In this document: positions 53,707 to 64,000 of the stretch, one piece after another
Layout: each line of letters opens with the position of its first letter
Position numbering within the stretch: the stretch's first letter is position 1
DNA from: Balanoglossus misakiensis
Lineage: Eukaryota > Animalia > Hemichordata
Direction: 5' to 3'
Length of the DNA stretch: 64,000 bases
NCBI GenBank assembly: GCA_040954595.2
Contig: CM082577.2
Coordinates: 7,837,846 to 7,901,845 of the forward strand
The notes under the pieces: model-generated
What the model was told of the DNA's origin: nothing
Database searches by the model: none
The model's input: only the letters and a program-made list of their open reading frames with translations
Position numbers and translations under genes: made by a program

Positions 53707-56700
53707 ATGCTGCATTCCCAAATAGGGAAGGTTGTGTTCTGCGTCGTTCTGTCCAGGTGCCTGTTGAAGCGTGTACATGCAGGTATGTTGAAATATATGT
53801 AAATTCAAACACTCATGTTTGAATTCGTTTCAGATCTAAGCATCCTTTTTTTTTATTCCAGGTGTAAGCTATATTTTTCTTTCTCAGTTTATGGTTTGAT
53901 ACAACAAATTCATGCATGTGCGCAGACGTTTACAAATATTTATTTGGTTTTCTGATTCGTCCTCTCTGCAGAGGATAGCATGATGCTAACTGACATGTTG
54001 AATTACTCCCAGCCCATCTCAACAAGACATTGAAGCAAAAACATAAAGAGTGGGCAATTTTGACCAGTATCTTACTTTCATAGAATGCTTTCCCGGATAA
54101 AATGATTCAAGATGATCTCGTTGAAATTTTCATCTTATTTATTGGAGCTGTTAATTAAAGCTTAACTTACCCTGAAAGACAATGATTAGTTAACCTATTT
54201 TGATGTCATATTCTCCAATTAAATTACATTGCTTAATTTGATCGTTGATATTTAGAAATACTGTCTCTTTCGTTCTATTCTTGTTAGTATGTCCCGTGGA
54301 CTTCTTTCCTGGGCCCACTGGAACCAGCTGTTACAAGTTCGTGGATGACTCATTCGAGTGGGCAGAGGGCAGGGTCCATTGCCAACAGTATGGAGCAGAC
54401 CTGATTGACATCAGCGACATCAACGAAAACATATTTACGCGTCAAACGTTAGAGCAAATATCACTGTAAGTACAGACACAGCGTACTGGTACAGGCCAGG
54501 GATAAAACCCGTGGGAAATAGGAATACATAAGAGATAACACAGTCTTGGTTTGCCTTATTAATTACGATCTATTTCAATTGCGCAAAGATACGCCCTGGG
54601 CGTATTAACCACATTCATTCGCTTTGAAACGGCATTTTCGAAATGATACCGAGTTTTATTTGAAAACGTGCGGAATTTTTTTACCGCATCTGAGTTGCCT
54701 TGGACCATCAAACTAACGCCCGTTCTTCGTTCTTTCTTCCAACGGAATATCTGATTTTGTATAAATTTTTCATGTGGTATGGAAACTATTGATTCTGTTA
54801 TGATTTTAATTCCCATCGGGAAATGGCTTGATTGGCCTCATCGGAAATCATTACACGTGGTTTTTAAAAGTATACAATAAAGAATATGTACTTTATTGAA
54901 ACAGCTTTTCAAGCCTTCTGGACATCATCATTAAATCATCAGCATATAACATGCAAATCACTTTTTTCACCTTAATTTCAATAAAGACACGCACACGCAT
55001 TGTGAAAGTCTGAACATGGAATTCATAACTATCATGGTTTGATGGCAGAGTTTTTATGTTTTCATTTGTTTACACACAGGAATTATCCTGACGTCACAAG
55101 ACATATTACAGAGTGTCGTGTAGAGTTTAGGCAATATTTACATACGTTGCTTAGATACCAAATATCTTATGATGTTCATTGAAGTCATTATTAGTGGGAC
55201 AAATTTTATGGACAAACACAACGTCAAACTGGTCGAATTTCCTCTTCAGTGAAAAAAAAACTTTTACACTGGCGATTCTGAAACATTGGTGTTGCTATCA
55301 CTGTTGCTGTGATGACATACGCCTGTTTTTCGGAGACCAGGTAATGGGAATGGTGAGATTGATGCCAGATGTGGCAAAGTTAATTAAATTCTGAAAGGCA
55401 GTCAAAAGTTAATAAAGTCCTAGTGTAATTTGTCTTTCGGGCCTCATATGTCGAAAATCATTGTAAATTCGAATCTATTTCAGCGTTTTTATGGTGATTT
55501 GTACAGAGTGACACAAACAAGTCGGTTTAAAATACGGATCTGGTATTCTTGAACAAGGCAGTCAGATATGCGAATAGAGGATGTCGGCGGTATATAATGC
55601 ATTACATAGTCCAATTTTAGAGAGCATGTAGCACATTTTCAGAAGAAAATTTGTGCCGTGTCAACTCCACATATTTATAAACACCTTGTGATCAGATCAG
55701 TGTGTATGGCCAGATATGAACATTGAAGATAAGTAATACGCATATTTTCACCCAATTGCACTTATTCTGAAATAAGTATCACGATTCGTCACAGAGTAAT
55801 TGCTTCATGCTGGTATTACTTTACGCACGAATTATTGTAAACGGCCTCACGATTAATTTAACTAACCATATTCAGCATTGTTCAGACCATAGCTGGAATA
55901 ATTGTAACCCGACCTGTCAACACTTGTCGTGTTTGGTCAGGCGTTTCCTATGGTGGTTGGAGGCATAACACGCACCTACTTGGGTGATGTAATTACCCGT
56001 GCAGGCATCACAAAAAGACGACGTCTTCTCATAATTTGGAATGATTTATTCCTATTAAAAAAGTATGCTCTTAAAACTGATATGAGGAAACAAAATGACA
56101 CTTTCTGTTTCACACGTTAAAAAATTGAAATTACGAGGGTTTGAATGCACACCTGTGAGAAAAAAATTTTGCATTGGTTTTCCAGGGATGAAACATGGAT
56201 CGGGCAAAATGACGAACAGACGGAAGGACAGTTTGAATATGTGGCTGAAAATTCTGCACAAGTGTTTCTGAACTGGAAGACTGACGAACCCAATGGTGAC
56301 GAGAATGAAAATTGTGCTGTAATGAGATCAGACAGTGGACTATGGGAAAACAAGTCATGCGGGGAAAGTCATAAAATTACATGTGAATTTCACGGTGTGT
56401 GCCCACTGACCTCTGACGAAAAATTACCAAAACCCTTGTGATGGTTTTGTATTTCTCATTATTAAAATTATATATTCTTTAAGCATATTCCTTCCCTTGA
56501 ATTGACACAAAACAGTCACACAGTAGACAGTGTATGCCTGAAATCTCGTGTTCTTTTTTTCCCATGATAGATGTCCCAACAACACTCGCACCAACAACCA
56601 CGGCAACTACGACCATGACAACAACAGCTAAGACAACTACCCTGCCGTCAGCATATCTGCGATGGAACCATTTCACGCAGACACAAATGAATTCGGCCCC

Positions 56701-56920
56701 GGCAGCTGCAACTCCCGTCTTGAATCAAGTTCTCGCAAGATCTGTCATCGAGTGTGCTCAAAAGTGTCTCAGCCAAACTGGGGACTGTGTAGCATTTACA
56801 TACGACAGGAACGACGTTGGCGGGAACGGCATGCATTTCTGTAAACTGTACACTGAAGCCTTTGCTCTGTACGCCAAAGCCACTGAAAACGGTGTGGACC
56901 TATATCAATCTACAAAATAA
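53707..56920 (+). CDS. Secreted C-type lectin (EPN type) with Thr-rich linker and PAN/apple-like domain, about 270 aa; tandem paralogue of 49193-51593
   Basis: Exons 53707-53782 (signal-like, ends VHA), 54288-54465, 56186-56394 (WIG..NWKTDEPN..ENC..WENKSC..TCE), 56571-56920 (SVIECAQKC..CVAFTY..CKLY). Intron phases are identical to the upstream copy. Confidence 0.88.
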
Positions 56921-57727
56921 ATGTTTTTGAATAATTACAATCATTTTATTGTTTTATGCTTCAAAAGCATTACCCTTAAAAAGTAAGAAATATACACAAA
57001 ATATGCAGTTGGCAGAAAAACTTATTTTTATCATTTCAATTTCCTGGTCAATTCGTGATTTCTGTTAAATCTATCCGTATTTTCATACCTAGTAAACTCA
57101 GGGCAATCAATAATTTTGAAGTTTCTGTTTTTGATTTCTTGATTTAGAACGGATAGATACTGGAAATAAACAACATCACATACTGTTTGTGCAGGTCTTT
57201 GTCTGGTGCCTGTTTCATATTTTTCAACCCCATTAGCTGCAACTTTTTCTGATAAAATTGATCTTAGTTTGAGTAAACTTTCTTACTGAACGGTGTGCTT
57301 AGAACTGTTTTTGACAATGGATTGTGAAAACTTGCAAGTTTTTCAACAAGTTGAATAATAAATGAGCAATCACTATGCAAGTATACCAATAGCACCACTA
57401 CCGGTATGTTCACAACGTTTCAAATCATCTTCATCAAATATGTACGCTTGCCTGCAAATTCGATCAAAGCAGTTACTGTAAATATACTTCATTGTGCATA
57501 TTCATCAACTGTTCGAAACGTTTAGGCCTTGTAACTTGCTGACAAGTAGTTTTGTAGGAGCACATATCAAGGTTGATGGTGGCATGAATTCCAAAATACA
57601 CTGTTTGTAACATATCACTTACATTTTTTATATGTGTGTGACAGTATTAAGCAAATGCCATTTATATGTTATTTCATAAATGCTGCCCTCTAACCTCAAC
57701 AAGAAGAGGAATTGCACGCATTCAATG

Positions 57728-60700
57728 TTAAATGGAGTGCTGGGCTCCCACATCTTGTAATGCAGCATTGTACGCTATGTAAAAGTCTGTGAAATCCACG
57801 TAGGCCTGGATGCGACCATCTTCGTCGGGTTGGTTGGTTCCCACCATCTGGGCCGCTGGCAGTCTCTGAAATAAGTATCTCTCGTCTCCGCTGCTCTGCG
57901 TGTCGCTGCCCGTGCTGTTCTGAGTGTTCATTTCCAAACCGGGCGTCGACTTATCGCTGGTGGGCGTGGCCGTGTTCTCCCAGACGATGCTGGTCTTAGT
58001 CGGGGTGGAGCTCTCCGGAGACAGGTTCGTCGTTTCGACGTGCAGCGGTTTCAGATCCAGCTGGGTCGCGTTGATGGTGCCACTGGAGCGCCTGGGGGTC
58101 GCGCCGGCGCCCGGGGGCGGGGGGATCATCAGAGTCGTCAGGGTCCCGCCCTGGCTGCCGCCCGGCGTGTACGGGATGGTCACCGGGTTGTACTGCCCCC
58201 CCTGGGTGGGGCTCTGTATCCCCAGGGGCATGTGGAAGCGCCTCACCAGCAGGGTGATGTCGTCCCGCCGCTCGCACGTCTTGGCGAACTCGTTGCCGCT
58301 CATGAAGGTGTCGTGGTGGACGCGCACCACTTTGTCGATGACGGCCTGGGCCACGCCGTTCAGGGTGGACTGCACGGTGAACTCGGCCGCCACCATGTTG
58401 GCGATGTCGTAGTTCACCTGCTTGGTGTCGGTGGACTCCTCCAGCGACTTGTACAGGCCGTTCGTGAACATGAGCAGAAAGTAGCACGTGTCGTCGATGG
58501 GGAGGCCGCCGATGAGCTCCGGGTCAGCTATCACAGGTTCACTGTGGGCCACACTGAAAGAGATGCCAGCAAACAAATTACAATCACATGAGACTTACTG
58601 AGTTTGCAAGTACGGATGGATACCTCTGCAGTAATGACATTTATGCTACTGTAATGCTAAAAATTATGGCAACTGCAGTTCTGAAAATTATGCCAGTTAA
58701 TTATGGTAAAAGTCAGTACTGAATTACATGCAGTACTGAAAAATTATTCATATTAAGGATAAACATCCATGTATATACATATACACATTATCTGACCACT
58801 CATTAGCACAGAATTATGAAAGATTTTTGTTACACGATGTTATTACTAAAGAACGATAACCTGACAGAAGATGTTTCAACCAACCTCAAAAGATCAAAAT
58901 CTTTATATCCTCCTTTGACGCTGTAGTCGCCAATGCTCCGCGTAGTTTCACAGTTTCCAAGTTGTCGCCCAGCCTGTCGTATTTTCTCGGTATTCAGTCC
59001 AAGGTGCGATAATCTAAGTAGTTCATCCTCATTGTGAATGTTGTGGTCAACACTCAACTGTTGCACTTTCAAGTGGCCTTCCTCCCCGGCTCTCACCAGT
59101 ATTGCCCTGCTGTCCCCTACAAGTAAAATGGAAGGGTCCAGAACCAGTGTTACTTTTAGGATCAGTGTCAAAATCCTTCCATCTCAATTCTCTTCTGTTT
59201 TTTTACAAAAGCTGCCACCTTCATCTGCACATTTTCAATCTCTTTCCAACAACTACCACATTGAATGAGCCCGGCTCAATGTTTGGTATTGGACAACTCA
59301 CTGATGATATCATTTTGAGATAAATGACTCAATGGCAGCCGTATTGGTCAACAGGTACAACATGTACATCACAAACCCAGAGAAACATTGATGCTTTTTC
59401 ACAGTATTTCCAGTACTTACCAACATTTGCTACGTATATTTTTCCATTGACAATCAGTGTGACAATTGCTGTGGTGCCACCATTGATTTCACTCTCCAAT
59501 TGTTGAAGTCTGTTTACAGCTTCCGGGTACTGTTGATACACCTCGTAGTCACTCAAACCCTGAGAGCAAATATGTCAACAAACTTTGTATGAGCATTTCA
59601 CAGTGATTTACATCATCAAAAATTCAAACGAGTGTAGATAGGACAAGTGAAGGTTTTCAAGATCTGGGGAAGAGGGTTGAGATTAACGCAATAAGCTATA
59701 CTTATGGTGCAGGCGTTTTCTTTATCCACTAACCCTAAACTGCATTTAATACAGTTTTTCTTTACCAAATAGGCTGTCAGTCATTTTAAGGTATTAACAC
59801 AACACAATTTACCTCTGGGATTTGGAGTTTCAAGTTGGTCTTCTCAGCTAAGGCGTCATCCATGGACTGAAAGAACCCCTTCTCCACTCCATTGAACGCT
59901 TGCTGCAATATTCTTTTGATTTCTCCATCATCATCCGTATCAGGCCTCAGTTGCCCGAGCAACAGCTCGGCCGGCATCCTCTGAGCAGCAAAGTTCGACG
60001 CCCGTCCGCCATCATGGCCGTCAAAGATACCATACAGATGGATGCCATCTTCAGTTCTGGCAACGGAAACATCTAATTTACTACACATTGTATTTCTCAC
60101 AGATTCGTCCATCTGCACAAATTTCCTGGCCATGTGCTGACATTTATAAACTGTTGCACACATTTAAGTAGATTCATTTCCATACAAACTGTTTATTTGG
60201 ATGACTTCTACCCCAGAGATAGAGACAGCAGCTGACTGTCCACAGTGACACACTATTACACTGAGATGCCAGACAACAACATTGACAATCATCGATCACA
60301 AATATCAATGTGGTCATTCTTGTCAATCATGTTAGTGGCAATTTTAGAGTCCAAAAACAAACTTTTATTTTTGTGTAAACATGGAAAATGTTTTTTTTTT
60401 ATTTATACCCTAATTACCTGAAATGAAAACAGTGATCTTCAAATTCATGCTCTTCCAGTCGCCCTCCATCTTCTCGGTATATCTGGTTGGTGGAAAACCC
60501 GACACCAGACAAGCGACAAACTGGCAGATCATCTGTCCAGCTCATAGACTGGCTCTGAAATTACCATATGGAAAATGTCGATTGTAAGAATGACTGAAGT
60601 GCTTTTAATTTTTCTGTATAAACTGGACCAACTTTCCTCCCATACAAAATGATACATAGTCATTACCCCAAGCAAATGAACCACTGACTGTGGTAGCAGC

Positions 60701-61103
60701 TTTATTCGACCTGTAAATATTTACGGATTGAAGCTATCGCAGTCAGTGATTTCTGTGCCTTGACCATAGCTGTGGAAACGAAGCTGTACCGGGGGGGGGG
60801 GGGGGGGGGGGGGAGATATTATGCCCGGCCCACGGTACAGCTGCGTTTCAGCCACTCCCCGTATTCATCATATATACTATACGTATGATCAATAACCCTG
60901 GAAAACCCTGAATGGATGAAACCATGAGTGAGTGTACACGTACTGAGTTTTAAAGAATAACAATGTACAGTGTGCATCAACTTTCTTAGGAAGTTCTGTA
61001 CTAGTAGTTCATATGATACAGGCCAACCATTGGCCTTACACTTGTTACTCACCTGCAACCCCACTCTTGGTGGACGGCTGGAACCTGATAAATGCGAAGA
61101 CAT
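57728..61103 (-). CDS. TAB1: TGF-beta-activated kinase 1-binding protein 1 (PP2C-like pseudophosphatase), about 542 aa
   Basis: Exons 61053-61103, 60418-60554, 59813-60056, 59421-59559, 58885-59116, 57728-58553 join in frame (1629 nt). SWTDDLPVCRLSGVG, LYGIFDGHDG, RMPAELLLGQL, YVANVGDSRA, TRSIGDY, and the C-terminal TAK1-binding motif DGRIQAYVDFTDFY. Confidence 0.95.
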
Positions 61104-61725
61104 GTTTCCAATGTGATTCGTCTGGCTTTCTTCCTAAGCGATTATATTCCTTAAACGTGGTAAAAGTTCGTCATGGAATCATCCAGGGGCACTTCCTCCT
61201 TTTCCTCATAGTGAAGCCATCTTTCATAGAGTACCCGGATGGATGAGGTCACACAGCTCAGGTTACATGAGGTCAATGACCTTAATATAGACCCCGTAAA
61301 GTTGTGTTTGGAATTAGAAGTCATGACCATTGCAAATGTTCGTCACGTCTGATTGCGTACTTATGGTATAAATATTTCTAACAAGTATAACAGCACCAAC
61401 ACGACAGGCGTTATAATGTCAGTACAAATTATAAAAACATATAGGGAAGAATTCAACCGACTATAATAACTACGAATCTGAATCCGAAAGCGGGTTTAAC
61501 TGGTACATGGTGACACTGTGCATGTGGTAAGTGTTGTTGGAGAAGTTTTTTTTTGCAATGCAGCTGCATGCAGTTCAGTAGCTATTGAACTGCAGCTAGT
61601 TACAATGTTGTTGACTATGTAGACTTGAGGGCCGCGTGTTTTACCTCACCTCCAACCACATGATGACTGGATGATGTGTTTGTTTCAGTGTGAAATCTAG
61701 ACCTGTACCCTGTGATATTGTTTTG
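61104..61725. promoter_or_regulatory. Putative bidirectional promoter region between TAB1 and LYRM1
   Basis: Head-to-head start codons are only about 620 bp apart; inferred from arrangement only. Confidence 0.5.
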
Positions 61726-62754
61726 ATGGCTAGACAAGAGGTGTTGATGGTATATCGCCGAATTCTCCGCACTGCACAGAGGTGGGAATCAGTCTCTGGG
61801 CTGAAAAGTGATACCGATGCTGAGAAAAAATACATCCAAGATGAAGCTAGGTCACTCTTCAGGAGAAACAAGGAGGTGGGCATGTGGCTGTGAGGGAGAG
61901 ATATGGTGATTGTAGTTCTGTGGCACTGGGAAATTACTGTATATCTAAGTGCCATTCTTTGAAATATATATTATTTTAGCACTTGAGATTTTGACGTAAT
62001 ATTTCTATATAAGTATATTCATTTCTCTTGAGTAATTATGACCCTTTTTCTTTTCTTCAGGTGACAGATCCAGAAGAAATCCAGCTTTGTTTACAGGAAG
62101 CAAACACAAGACTTCAACTTGGTAAATCGAAATTCTGAAAATCAAATATTTCATTTCGTATCAAATACAGAGAGTTGGAACTTATGGGCTTTTGCATAAA
62201 GACATATGATCTTTATTCTCTGAGCTTCTTGTAATAATTTTTTAATTCTTCTATTACTCAGCGTTACATTACAAGAATCCTTATCCAAGACCAGTAAGTA
62301 ATTTCCCACACTTTAGTCTTGTCCCTGCCCCATTCCCGCTGCTGGCTGCACTATGCTAAAGGAGGCTTTCCTTTTGCGTAGCACAGTAGGAATCGGGCAG
62401 CGGACCAGACTATTTGTAGACAGACATAGATTTGTGTGGTCTCATGTCCGTTGTGAAATATATTCCATATAGTTTGCCATACTATACTACACATTACTCA
62501 TAGACACTGTGTTAACAAGTAATTCGCTCATTTACTAATGCAAAAATTGCTTAATTGAAATACACAAAATTGTTTCATTTATTTGGCTATATTTGTTGAA
62601 AGTTCAGTGTTTTTATGTATGTGTGTCTCTCTTACAGGTGAACATACCACACATGGGCCTTCCTCCTTCTGTGGGTAGAGGCAAGAAATTTCAAGACAAA
62701 CTGAGAAAACAGGGGAAGCCTCTCTACTTGCGCTCGTATGATGAGAATGATTGA
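61726..62754 (+). CDS. LYRM1: LYR motif-containing protein 1, about 119 aa
   Basis: Exons 61726-61875, 62061-62121, 62262-62293, 62638-62754. MARQEVLMVYRRILRTAQRW..EKKYIQDEARSLFRRNK..ALHYKNPYPRPVNIP..KPLYLRSYDE. Confidence 0.93.
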
Positions 62755-63614
62755 AGTGGTGGTGGTATCAGATGAGTGACAGTCTGTCTGGCCTTGCAGA
62801 GAAAGAGAAAGGAGCTTCCATGCCTGCGGTTTCACTGAGAAACTTTGGTCACAGTTCCCAGGTCTACATGTCGACAGGACATAGTTGTTTTTTTTGGAAA
62901 TTTGAGTGGGGGTAATTTAATATTACCTTCTTAACTTTCTCTGTGACTCAGTTGAAGAGATTCTATGTTTTGAAGAAGAGAGACTGAGCTATGGCCAATA
63001 GTTGGCCTTAAATGCATGTTCGACAAACATGCTATACCAGCCACTATAGGAAAAACACTTGCTGATGAAAATGTAGTATTCACTTGTCTTTCATGAAGTA
63101 GACACTCTCATCATTTATTAAAGAACATGTTTGTTATGTGACTGAAATCGTTGGCTTGTGGCATATTAAAGCGCCCTCTCGTGGCAGTAATTGTTTTTTG
63201 CTTGAATCCGATTTTCTCACATCCCAATCTGATAATAGCCAAAAGTGAGGTAACCTTCGACCTCACAGCGTATGTTTACTTCTGAGCAGGGACGGACATG
63301 CATGTGTAACTGGCATTTAGCAGTAGATGGAAGACACTTACCCGCAAGACACGTTAAAATTTAACTTGTATCAGCACGATGATAGTATATATACGGAGCT
63401 CTAACAGACAATGAATGCATAGTGAGATAGTGCATCACCCTATGTAAATCGAGAGGTACGAGGTCCCAACACTTGGGCGAAGTTCATAACATAAACCAAA
63501 CCAAGTTACCTTGGAATTCTGTGACGCGACCAGAAACGGACGTATGATCACGGATAACAGAAGGACTGTGAAACAAACCCATGGTGATCACTGTCTAGGA
63601 TAGAGTTTGCAGTC

Positions 63615-63976
63615 ATGTCGTCAACGGACGGTGCCTTGTGCGACTATGATGTGGTCATTATCGGCGGTGGTCTCTCCGGATTATCGGCAGCCGACAAACT
63701 GAAGAAGGTCGACCCCGAGTGTAAATTGCTAGTGTTGGAAGCCAAAGGTATCCATCATGTGTTGTTTCTTGCTGCAGTACTGTAGGTCGATGTTTTTCCT
63801 AATGTGGTGTTGTGGTTTTGCCGTCTGACACACAATACCAGATTGTCAAGACACGAAATTTTTCAAACATTTTTTCTTCTTGTCACAGACAGGCTCGGTG
63901 GACGTACTCTTACAGTAGAACTGCAATGTGCTGAAGGCAAGGATAAATGGGATCTTGGAGGACAGTGGGTTGGCAG
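63615..63976 (+). CDS. Flavin-containing monoamine oxidase family protein, 5' part; continues beyond the right edge
   Basis: Exons 63615-63747 and 63889-63976: FAD-binding DVVIIGGGLSGLSAA..LVLEAKDRLGGRT..DLGGQWVG. Confidence 0.9.
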
Positions 63977-64000
63977 GTACTGTATGGGCTTCTTTATTGG

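Noticed and set aside
57924-58591. Long antisense and alternative-frame ORFs over TAB1 (also 45235-45833 over CCDC33)
   Set aside because: By-product of high GC3 codon usage in the real exon.

Overview
Eukaryotic, intron-rich genomic DNA from an invertebrate animal; a marine deuterostome such as a hemichordate is plausible, but the taxon cannot be fixed from the sequence. Manual GT-AG splicing gives eight genes in order: a polypeptide GalNAc-transferase (-, runs off the left edge), a 13-exon, about 1188-aa multidomain gene (+, 14948-21329), a small 5xEGF putatively GPI-anchored protein (+), CCDC33 (-), two tandem C-type-lectin/mucin/PAN-apple paralogues (+), TAB1 (-) and LYRM1 (+), plus the start of a ninth, a flavin monoamine oxidase (+, runs off the right edge). 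The standout is the 14948-21329 gene. It joins, in one open frame, tandem death-effector domains, a long S/T/P/Q linker, a non-RD IRAK/Pelle-like kinase (HLD, DVG), a variant RING finger and a C14 protease domain whose catalytic motifs (FSGHG, LDCC) are of the metacaspase/prokaryotic caspase-homologue type rather than animal QACxG. It is a candidate single-chain death/innate-immune signalling protein that I do not recognise as a described architecture. The lectin pair carries opposite sugar-specificity motifs (QPD vs EPN). All gene models are hand-spliced predictions without transcript support.
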